Shown here in pieces: positions 14,658 through 22,270 of a DNA stretch of 22,270 nucleotides. The first letter of the stretch is position 1. Each line of letters begins with the position of its first letter. The notes below the pieces were generated by a model. The model was not told where the DNA came from, made no database searches, and worked only from the letters and a program-made list of their open reading frames with translations. A program made the position numbers and the translations under genes. Source of the stretch: Clostridia bacterium (lineage in GTDB: Bacteria; Bacillota; Clostridia; TANB77; CAG-508); assembly GCA_035388585.1 (NCBI GenBank), contig DAOOQE010000020.1, positions 1 through 22,270 of the forward strand, written 5' to 3'.

Positions 14658-17600
14658 CTAATACTCATCTTCATCCCAAACGAACTTTATGAATTTTGAA
14701 TAGTCTACTTTTTTATTCATTTCTTGATAAATTTCATATTTACAATTTTTACAATTTTCTTTATATTCAATGTTTATCGAAGATAAGTTATTATTTTTTA
14801 TGTTTTGTATAATATTACCATTTTCATCAATTTCAATATGCATAGATGCTTCTTCATTCCAGCCTTTATCTAAATAGCTTTTTTCTGTATATGCCCAATA
14901 TTTTATTTGATGTTCTTTCATAACTTCCTCTAAATATTTAGTTTTTATGTAGATCACTCCTGTTATAGGATTATTATAATAAGATTTGCTATTATTATCA
15001 CAATAAGCTATAGCCTCTCCATCAGCATTATCCCATGTTGAATATTTCCTGTTATAGTGTAAATTTAGTTCTGACACTATTATGTTCGGCGGCAATTTTA
15101 AATATGTTTCTTTAAAATCCAGAGAATTATATTCTATATCTCTTATTCTCATTGACCTTTCATAATTTTTTTCTTTATATTTTTCTATGTTTCCTATATA
15201 ATCTTTATTCCCTATTGTTAATTCTTTTGGTTCTATATCCGCTGCTATACTTCTTATTGAGTCTATACCAACATTATAATCATATGTTTCTGTATATATA
15301 TGTTTATTATCTTTATCTGACACATATCTATGAATATCTGCACATATTAATGTCCATTGTTCTTTTTCACATAATATTGGTGTCATTAACTTTTTTATAT
15401 TTTCAATAGAAAGTTCCTTTTTATTATACCATTCATCATCTCTTTTACCATATAAATCTAATCTTTTAATAACTTCATTATTTAATCTATCTATTTTTTC
15501 ACAATATATACTAACTGGAGAACATATCCTATATTCTTCTTCATTTAAATTAATAGGTTCATAAACTTTATATCCAAATGTTTTGTTGTCATTATACACA
15601 CTAATTTCATTTGTAAAATAATTACACATTAGTGAACCTAATAATATGTCCTGTGATATTAATAAAATTTTCTTTAAAATCGAATTACCGAACACATTAA
15701 GATGAGTATCAAATTTATCATTTTCTTTTGAATATCTATAATTATACTTATCACAAATATCTATAAATACTTTCTGAAATGCTATAAATATTTTTCGGTT
15801 ATCTATTTCTATTATCTGCAATGGTTTTAAATGTTTTTTGAACCTTTCACCATTGCCATATTTACAATACCCATCATCTTTTACACATCCAAATTTATTA
15901 TTTAATTCTTTATTCCATTCTATAATTTCATCTTTGTCATTTAAAATAAAATTATTATATATTGATAATTCATTTTCTTTATTATATCTTTCAAATTTCA
16001 ATAAATATTTTTCATAAATATCAGCTATAAAAATTATATAATTTAAATCAATATCCTTATCTACATGGTCATTTTCCGTAATTTCATTGTAAATATCATA
16101 TTTATTTAATTCAATGTATTCTATATTTCTTTCTAAAAAATCAGATATTCTATAAATTATTTCAGCATCTATTTGTGAATAATCATTTAAAACATCTTCT
16201 AGAAAATTAATCAAATTATCATCTTTAATATTAGTAGCTGTTAGTACTCTTATTATACCTTTCCTGATATAGTATTCATCGACTTTATAATAGTATTCGC
16301 GTAATATATCTGCATAATCATTAAATTTATCTACAATATCAAACAAAACTTTTAAAGCTAATTTTCTAATTCTGTCATTTGAGGATGATGTTAACCAAAA
16401 AGAATACCAAAATGCCTCTTCAATATAATCATTTTTTTCCTCAATAAAAATAATACTATATAACATATTTTTTAGTTTCATTATATATATTGAATCAGAA
16501 TAATTAACAGTTATGCCTCCCATATAATTTTTATTTTCTATTAATTTATTTGTTAAATAATTACTACAATTAAAAGGTCTGCTATGATATCCTCCTAAAT
16601 CCAAAAAAACGCTTTGCACATTTCTTATTGTAAATTCATTTTGTATAAAATCTATTTGCTCTTTTGAAAAGACAATTTTCTTAAGTATTGATAATTCAAA
16701 ATATTCTTTCAATTTTGAATTGAATATAATATTTAATGCTCTTTTAATATTTTGGTTTTTAAAACGGTCAAATATTAATATAATAAACGGCTCATATAAA
16801 GAATACATTTTAGATAATTTTTCATTAATCATATCGATTATTTTATCATCACTTAATCCATTAATTTTGTCGTGCAAAGTTCTAGCAATAATAAAATCAG
16901 AAAGCTTTTGTATATTAAAAACATATCTTTTTTTACTATCATAAATGTAAAAATCTATCAAACTGTTACTTTTCATCGTTCCTATATAATCTATTGCTTC
17001 ATTCTTCAATATGTTTTTAATTTCTTGTTCCTCTACTGATGTTTTATTATTTTCAAACATATATGTACCTAATTTTTTTTTATTATCCCAATATTTTCTA
17101 CCACATATTGTTTTTATATATTGTTCTAATATAAAAGTTACTTGTACTAAATCACCAATTTCTTCTTTTTTTATTTTAGGATTTTCTAATATCTTGTATA
17201 ACATTTTTAAATATAAAGGATTATTAGTTTCAATAACATCAATAAACTTTGTCACTTCTACACCATATGTTTCGATTATTTTTGTTAAACTTGATTCATA
17301 TTCCACTCCTTTAAAAGTATATATATTTTTTAGTATATTTTTTAAACTTTCTTCTATATCCAAATCAAGATTCTTGGTTCTATAACTAACAATAATGTTT
17401 ATATTACCTTTCGTTGCCATTTTTCTTATAAATTCCAGCATAACTTTCTGTTCATTTTGTTCTAACTCATTAAATGCATCTATAATCAAATAAAATTCGT
17501 TATCTATATTTTTAATTCTTTCTTCTATTTCCTTCTCAATACTTTTTGTATATTTACAATAAATACATAAATGTTGTATTGATAATCTTTCCAGTTCCTC

Positions 17601-18050
17601 CTCTAATTTAAATAAAAAGTAACTCTTTCCTATTCCACCTTCCCCATCCATTAAAAGTCTATTCGCCATCGATAGATTTTTTTTGTAATATTCAATATCA
17701 TATTTATTATGATATTTTAGAATTTCAAATTTCTCAAGAATAAATTTAAACTCTTTGTCTATATTTTCTATAAATGTCTTTTCTTTAATCTCCCTTCTAT
17801 TCATCTTTCTGATATTATCATTAATATTCTTTAAATAATCCCTATTATCTAAAAATTCTTTTGGATTATTAGAATATGGATGAATATCATCAAATCGCTT
17901 CAAAAGTACATTCATTATTTCTTCATCTTCCCATTTTAAATCAAAATCTGTTCTTGTTTCTGAAATCATATGCATTCTGTTTTTATAATTAATTTCATCT
18001 ATTGTCACATTTATCTCCTTCTTTTTTTTCATTAAATACAAAAAAAGCAA
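14658..18050 (-). CDS. Large STAND/NACHT-like P-loop NTPase with a helical (HEAT/ARM-like) repeat region and an uncharacterised C-terminal domain; candidate defence protein
   Basis: The Walker A motif is LLMDGEGGIGKSYF. The Walker B-like motif FYLIIDAFNELE lies about 50 residues later. A HEAT-like signature (SSSNDRIRKLALKVLFDIVD...IRKGIIRVLT) follows. The true start is probably the GTG at 18008 (AAGGAG, then 6 nt) or the ATG at 18032, because a hairpin plus T-run overlaps the first track codons. Confidence 0.7.
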   Translation of the reverse strand: MLFLYLMKKKKEINVTIDEINYKNRMHMISETRTDFDLKWEDEEIMNVLLKRFDDIHPYSNNPKEFLDNRDYLKNINDNIRKMNRREIKEKTFIENIDKEFKFILEKFEILKYHNKYDIEYYKKNLSMANRLLMDGEGGIGKSYFLFKLEEELERLSIQHLCIYCKYTKSIEKEIEERIKNIDNEFYLIIDAFNELEQNEQKVMLEFIRKMATKGNINIIVSYRTKNLDLDIEESLKNILKNIYTFKGVEYESSLTKIIETYGVEVTKFIDVIETNNPLYLKMLYKILENPKIKKEEIGDLVQVTFILEQYIKTICGRKYWDNKKKLGTYMFENNKTSVEEQEIKNILKNEAIDYIGTMKSNSLIDFYIYDSKKRYVFNIQKLSDFIIARTLHDKINGLSDDKIIDMINEKLSKMYSLYEPFIILIFDRFKNQNIKRALNIIFNSKLKEYFELSILKKIVFSKEQIDFIQNEFTIRNVQSVFLDLGGYHSRPFNCSNYLTNKLIENKNYMGGITVNYSDSIYIMKLKNMLYSIIFIEEKNDYIEEAFWYSFWLTSSSNDRIRKLALKVLFDIVDKFNDYADILREYYYKVDEYYIRKGIIRVLTATNIKDDNLINFLEDVLNDYSQIDAEIIYRISDFLERNIEYIELNKYDIYNEITENDHVDKDIDLNYIIFIADIYEKYLLKFERYNKENELSIYNNFILNDKDEIIEWNKELNNKFGCVKDDGYCKYGNGERFKKHLKPLQIIEIDNRKIFIAFQKVFIDICDKYNYRYSKENDKFDTHLNVFGNSILKKILLISQDILLGSLMCNYFTNEISVYNDNKTFGYKVYEPINLNEEEYRICSPVSIYCEKIDRLNNEVIKRLDLYGKRDDEWYNKKELSIENIKKLMTPILCEKEQWTLICADIHRYVSDKDNKHIYTETYDYNVGIDSIRSIAADIEPKELTIGNKDYIGNIEKYKEKNYERSMRIRDIEYNSLDFKETYLKLPPNIIVSELNLHYNRKYSTWDNADGEAIAYCDNNSKSYYNNPITGVIYIKTKYLEEVMKEHQIKYWAYTEKSYLDKGWNEEASMHIEIDENGNIIQNIKNNNLSSINIEYKENCKNCKYEIYQEMNKKVDYSKFIKFVWDEDEY

Positions 18051-18092
18051 AATATCTAAACAATTATTTTTTAATCGTTAATTATTTTGCTT
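18039..18092 (-). terminator. Possible terminator after dpnB (long-loop hairpin + T-run)
   Basis: The minus strand reads AAGCAAAATA (18092-18083), a 28-nt loop, TATTTTGCTT (18054-18045), then TTTTTTG. The loop is long for an intrinsic terminator. Confidence 0.4.
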
Positions 18093-18106
18093 TCTTTAGT
18101 GACTAT

Positions 18107-18970
18107 TTAATTAAAAACCTTTTTCATTACTCCATTTTTCATATCAGCAATATTATAAATATTATCCATTCTATCAAATGTTTCTTTTAAATTATTTCTT
18201 GCAGAAATCCATCCCATTCCATCTGTAAACCACACAAATTCAAAGCCTACAACTTTATCTGATTCTTCTGATAACATTTTATAGCTTCTTGCTGTTTCAT
18301 TTAATTTTGAGCCACCTGTAGCATAGAAATTAGTTTCAATTCCATAAATGCAATTATCCGTTTTAACTACAAAATCAAATCTCTTAGTTGATTGATTTTT
18401 ATTGCTTATAAAAGACATGTCTAATTTCCATTTTTCTTCTATATCTTGTAAATACATTTCTTTAAAATATGTTTCATTCTTCTTAAATCCAGCTTTTTGA
18501 ATAAATTTTTCTACAACATCTTCCATTAAATGTCCACCACGATTCTTTCTTGCATTCGAATTTAATCCACATTCAACTCCTAAAACATAATCATACAAAT
18601 TATTTACCATATGATTATGTAGCAAATCAAAAAGTCCTGTTTCTTTCATAAATACTTTATATTGTTCAACATCATAATTCATTTTTTTAAAATTATATTC
18701 AAATTTATTTCCTTCTTCATCTAGCACAATAATTTCTGATTGTCTTACTGCTAAAAGAGTAGGAATACATTTTAATACTTCTGGATATTTCTTTACTAAT
18801 TCTTCAAAATCATTTTCTATATTTTGACTACTAATTAGTGAATTTAAAATATTTAATTCTATTTTATATATTTCTGCATTTTTATATATAGTTTCAAAAT
18901 CTATGTAATATTTATAGTTAGCTATACTATCTGTAAAAGTTAACAGCCATTCTGCAAAATTTCTTTTCAT
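18107..18970 (-). CDS. dpnB: DpnII/MboI-family type II restriction endonuclease (GATC)
   Basis: The sequence appears collinear with my recollection of S. pneumoniae DpnII: NFAEWL..TDS.A...YY.DF..YKN.....ELNILNSLI.S.NIE.DF, then GLFDLL.NH.V.NL.DYV.GVE.G...N.RKNR.G..ME. It is the last gene of the M-M-R operon. Confidence 0.8.
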   Translation of the reverse strand: MKRNFAEWLLTFTDSIANYKYYIDFETIYKNAEIYKIELNILNSLISSQNIENDFEELVKKYPEVLKCIPTLLAVRQSEIIVLDEEGNKFEYNFKKMNYDVEQYKVFMKETGLFDLLHNHMVNNLYDYVLGVECGLNSNARKNRGGHLMEDVVEKFIQKAGFKKNETYFKEMYLQDIEEKWKLDMSFISNKNQSTKRFDFVVKTDNCIYGIETNFYATGGSKLNETARSYKMLSEESDKVVGFEFVWFTDGMGWISARNNLKETFDRMDNIYNIADMKNGVMKKVFN

Positions 18971-18972
18971 AT

Positions 18973-19746
18973 TTATTCCTCCATTATTTCTTTATATCTT
19001 CTTATTGATAAATCCAAATATTCTTTTGATTTATCAATTCCAACAAAATTTCTATTTAGTTTACTAGCAGCAACTCCTGTTGTACTGCTCCCACTGAATG
19101 GATCCAATATTAAATCATTTTCATTTGTTGATGCTAATATTATTCTTTCTAATACTTCTAATGGTTTCTGTGTAGGATGCTTCCCGTGTTTCTTTTCAGA
19201 TGGTTTAGTTAACGAAGTAGTCCATACATCCTTCATTTGTTTATTATTATTTAACTCTTTCATTAAATTATAGTTAAACTTATACTTTACTTTTGGTAAA
19301 TCTTTTCTTGCCCATAATATTGTTTCTGTTGAATGTGTAAAAGTTTTACATGCTAAATTAGGAGATGGATTTGTTTTCTGCCAAGTAATATTATTGATTA
19401 TTTTAAATCCTTCTTCTTCTAATGCCATACCAATTGAATATACATTGTGAAGAGTTCCACTTATCCATATTGTTCCTTCATCTTTTAAAACTCTATAACA
19501 TTCCTTTATCCAATTTCTATTATATTCATGTTTTTCTTTTACTGTTGATGTCTTATCCCATTTTCCTTTATTTACACTAACCATTTTTCCACTGCTACAA
19601 GTTATTCCATCATTGGATAAAAAATATGGAGGATCTGCAAAAATCATATCAAATGATTTTTCTCTCATTTCCTTTAGTGAATCAAAAGTATCATTATCGA
19701 TTAGTTTAAAACTATCTTCTTCAAAGTAGAATTTTCCTGGATACAT
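18973..19746 (-). CDS. dpnA: Beta-class N6-adenine DNA methyltransferase, DpnA-like (second methylase of a DpnII-type cassette)
   Basis: Motif IV (MIFADPPYFLSNDG) is N-terminal and motif I (ILDPFSGSSTTGVAA) is C-terminal. NITWQKTNP and GKHPTQKP blocks match DpnA as I recall it. Confidence 0.8.
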   Translation of the reverse strand: MYPGKFYFEEDSFKLIDNDTFDSLKEMREKSFDMIFADPPYFLSNDGITCSSGKMVSVNKGKWDKTSTVKEKHEYNRNWIKECYRVLKDEGTIWISGTLHNVYSIGMALEEEGFKIINNITWQKTNPSPNLACKTFTHSTETILWARKDLPKVKYKFNYNLMKELNNNKQMKDVWTTSLTKPSEKKHGKHPTQKPLEVLERIILASTNENDLILDPFSGSSTTGVAASKLNRNFVGIDKSKEYLDLSIRRYKEIMEE

Positions 19747-20651
19747 TCATTCATCTCCTCGTAGTTAGTAATAAGCAATTCTGATATTGCTCCTCTACCT
19801 TTAGCATTTGCATTTATCATTCTTTTTGCTGATACTTCATTTATATTAAATCCTTTATATATTTCTTCAAAAAAAGTATCTTCTTCATTAGTGTTTTTAG
19901 GATTTGAATTTGACAACATTAGTTTAGCGTTTTTCAAACTTAATTCTCTAAAATATATTGCTAATTCTTTTTGATTTTCATCATTAAAATCTTCTTTTGT
20001 ATACGATGTAAATCCTGATGAAACTGATAATGGTCTATAAGGTGGATCAAAATAAACAAAAGTATTATTATCTATATATTTTTCACTTTTTTTGTAGTCT
20101 CCATATTTAAAAACCACACTTCTTATTAAATAAGATAAGTTTCTCAAATTTTCAGAATCGCAGATTTTAGGATTTTTATATTTACCACATGGCACATTAT
20201 AATCACCACTTTTATTTACTCTATACAGTCCATTAAAACATGTTCTATTCAAAAATATAAATTCACTTGCTCTTTTTATACTTTGTTCATTTTCGCTTAT
20301 TTTATATGAATTATATTCTTTTCTAATATTATAAAAATACTTTTGTCTTTCATCAGATTCCAATACAAGAAATTCTTTTTCTTTTTTATATAATTCATGT
20401 ATTATCTCTTCAACATTATTTTTAATAACATTATAACAATTTATTAGATCCATATTTATATCAAAAGCATATGCTTCTTTAACATCATATTTTTGTAAAA
20501 TATTTATTAAAACTGCTCCTCCACCAATAAATGGTTCTACATATTTAGTTATTTTATCTCTCTCTATTTCAAATGGGTAAAATTTTTTTATTTGTGGAAT
20601 CAAACTTCCTTTTCCTCCGGCCCATTTTACAAACGGTCTTATTTCTTTCAT
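19701..20651 (-). CDS. dpnM: Dam-family (alpha-class) N6-adenine DNA methyltransferase, DpnM-like (GATC)
   Basis: The motifs are FVKWAGGK, EPFIGGGAV, NGLYRVN and FVYFDPPY, and it ends ELLITNY. SD AGGAGA precedes the ATG at 20651. Its 3' end overlaps the dpnA start by 46 nt. Confidence 0.85.
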   Translation of the reverse strand: MKEIRPFVKWAGGKGSLIPQIKKFYPFEIERDKITKYVEPFIGGGAVLINILQKYDVKEAYAFDINMDLINCYNVIKNNVEEIIHELYKKEKEFLVLESDERQKYFYNIRKEYNSYKISENEQSIKRASEFIFLNRTCFNGLYRVNKSGDYNVPCGKYKNPKICDSENLRNLSYLIRSVVFKYGDYKKSEKYIDNNTFVYFDPPYRPLSVSSGFTSYTKEDFNDENQKELAIYFRELSLKNAKLMLSNSNPKNTNEEDTFFEEIYKGFNINEVSAKRMINANAKGRGAISELLITNYEEMNECIQENSTLKKIVLN

Positions 20652-20689
20652 TTTTTCTCCTATTGTTTAGCCTACATTTTCTACTATAT

Positions 20690-20718
20690 TTTATATCACA
20701 TATTACAACATATTTCCA
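20690..20718 (-). promoter_or_regulatory. Candidate promoter of the dpnM-dpnA-dpnB operon
   Basis: The minus strand reads TGGAAA (20718-20713), a 17-nt spacer, then TATAAA(AT) (20695-20690), about 40 nt upstream of the dpnM ATG. It overlaps three 10-bp-phased ACATAT repeats. Confidence 0.45.
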
Positions 20719-21601
20719 CATATATTGATATATTTTTAAACCTATATTTTAGATATTAATTTCAACTATCTGTTTTACTTGGACGCCTCAGAAAATCGTT
20801 TTACAATGAGATTTTGCTTAAATCACTAAATATTTTCTGGGTCTATCACTTTTATTCTCTTTTGTGTTCAAATATTACACTCCGTTTCGAAATTAATCAC
20901 TTAAAGGGTATACTTTAATAACAATTATTTTGTGATTTTAATTTTTTCTTCTTAACAAATAATCTGATTATCATTATTTCAAATAATACTCTATCATATT
21001 TATATATTTATCCTGTGAATTTAAACATATATCAATTAAATAACCTTTTACTGTCTATTTTGAAAATATTTTAATCCTCTATTCTTTCATTCACCTATAT
21101 TTTTCTATTAACTAATTCATCTAAATATTTGGATAATTTATAAGCTACATTATCTATTTCTAAAATAGTTCACCGATTAAAATATTTTTCTTAAATATAT
21201 CTTAAATTTATAAAATTTTCGAAACTAATTCAAAAGTTTCTTTGAAAGAATTATAAACATTTATAATATTTACAGTATAGAAATCTTTTACTATTTTTTT
21301 TCGAATTTCAATTCGTCTATTATTTTTTTTATAATATATTCAGGCATTTTTTAAAATAGAAAATACAATTTATGTCCATTGCGATTTTCTTATCATGGAA
21401 GTGTTCTAATATTATTACCATTATGTATTATATGCTCTTAAAATACAAATCTAAAGTATATGTTAAAATAACTATTTTTCTCTGCAAAAAACTCTATCTT
21501 CTATTTTTGATTCAACTGCCATCCAACAATTAGATTTCATCCTTGCTAACATGATGATACTTTTAAATTCTTATCTTATATCTTCATTCTTAATTACCTT
21601 T

Positions 21602-22270
21602 CTAATAAAACTCATTCTTTTCTTTTTTTAATCCTCCTTCTTCTATTATAAAATACTTCTCCTTTAGCATTTTCCAATTAGTATATAATTTGAATTTATT
21701 TAGTCCTTTTATATTATCTTCAATTTGTTTAAATTGTACTTCTATCATTTCTTTAATATAATTTATATATTCCTTTTTAATCTTTAAAGTTTTTTTCTTG
21801 TTTGATTTAAATAGTAATTCAATATTAATTATATAAATTCCAAAAGTAAGTTCATATGTATTTTCAATCATTTCAATAAAATATTTATTTTTTTTAGTAT
21901 TAAGTAATAATTCAACTTCAATTAATTGTTTTTTCTCCCTAACATGATTACTTATATATATCAATTCTTCTGCTATTACTTCTATTTTTTCGTTTACTGA
22001 AATGGAAGAATTTAGTCCCTTTTTTAGTCTATATAAAACTCTATAATACCATATTAGGTCACTTATAAAATAAGTAATGTTTTCTTGTAATTTAATGTTA
22101 TATTCGACAAAAGAAATCCATGCTGAAGTAGCAAATCCAGTCATCAAATTCATCATAATTGCTTCATTAGTTGTACTCAATATATTTAAATATAATGAAA
22201 TTATAAAAGATATGAAAAATAATAACGTAGTATAAATTAACAATTTAGTTACATTTCTGATTGAATTCAT
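21602..22270 (-). CDS. Hypothetical membrane protein (two N-terminal TM helices + charged helical domain); the N-terminus coincides with the window edge and could extend beyond it
   Basis: LLIYTTLLFFISFIISLYLNIL and LMTGFATSAWISFV are hydrophobic segments, followed by a Lys/Glu-rich helical region. The ATG sits at 22270-22268, exactly at the window end. Confidence 0.5.
   Translation of the reverse strand: MNSIRNVTKLLIYTTLLFFISFIISLYLNILSTTNEAIMMNLMTGFATSAWISFVEYNIKLQENITYFISDLIWYYRVLYRLKKGLNSSISVNEKIEVIAEELIYISNHVREKKQLIEVELLLNTKKNKYFIEMIENTYELTFGIYIINIELLFKSNKKKTLKIKKEYINYIKEMIEVQFKQIEDNIKGLNKFKLYTNWKMLKEKYFIIEEGGLKKEKNEFY

Noticed and set aside
2169-18190. Short ORFs nested in or antisense to larger genes: 2169..2384, 2758..2955, 4688..4912, 5474..5656, 11675..11926, 11868..12107, 12711..12899, 15152..15409, 16720..16944, 17011..17385, 18002..18190
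   Set aside because: All lie within well-supported longer ORFs or within island-arm DNA. Their composition is the hydrophobic, low-complexity kind typical of off-frame reading of AT-rich DNA, and they lack SD sequences.
423-20651. A functional link between the DpnD-like gene and the DpnII cassette
   Set aside because: They are ~18 kb apart, in different islands, and separated by an att repeat. DpnD/PcfM-family genes are common backbone genes of Firmicutes mobile elements, so the shared name is probably coincidental.
137-22270. An integrase, recombinase or excisionase gene for the islands
   Set aside because: I read all ORFs of 60 aa or more for tyrosine-recombinase (R..HxxR..Y) or serine-recombinase signatures and found none. 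The only transposition gene is the inactivated IS30 transposase.
1-22270. CRISPR arrays, rRNA genes or retron-like elements
   Set aside because: There are no regularly spaced short direct repeats and no rRNA-like segments. The only structured-RNA-like sequences are the two tRNA fragments and the terminator hairpins.
11701-22270. Homology between the two membrane proteins (11701..12375 and 21602..22270), as a repeated island-end gene
   Set aside because: Their architecture is similar (N-terminal TM segments plus a charged helical domain), but I could not align any sequence block by eye.

Overview
Very AT-rich DNA with strong GGAGG-type ribosome-binding sites, so probably a Firmicutes- or Fusobacteria-like host. 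The window reads as a composite, tandem defence island rather than core genome. A 53-nt direct repeat carrying the 3' half of an initiator-type tRNA-Met(CAT) occurs at 84-136 and 12529-12581. Neither copy is a complete tRNA, which is the signature of att scars from elements integrated in tandem into a tRNA gene lying to the right of the window. No integrase is visible. Each island opens with related arm DNA and a conserved ~590-bp backbone module (promoter, 96-aa protein, 4-Cys zinc-ribbon protein, terminator; 644-1229 and 14036-14623). Different cargo follows each module. Island A carries an AAA ATPase + RloB-like (AbiL/RloAB-type) pair, a GmrSD-type DUF262/DUF1524 type IV enzyme, and an HTH-controlled R-M operon. 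That operon encodes a PD-ExK + gamma-N6-methyltransferase fusion (BcgI-like type IIB architecture), and its specificity gene is split by a G8 homopolymer, a probable phase-variation switch. Island A also holds an IS30-family element whose transposase has two in-frame TAA stops, and two orphan ORFs. Island B carries a PD-ExK-like orphan, an internally deleted metallophosphoesterase, a 1130-aa STAND/NACHT-like P-loop NTPase with helical repeats and no effector I can recognise, a complete DpnII-type GATC cassette (dpnM-dpnA-dpnB order), a ~950-bp ORF-free stretch and a membrane protein. The 1130-aa NTPase is the best candidate for an undescribed single-gene defence system. All family calls come from motif reading by eye; no searches were run.
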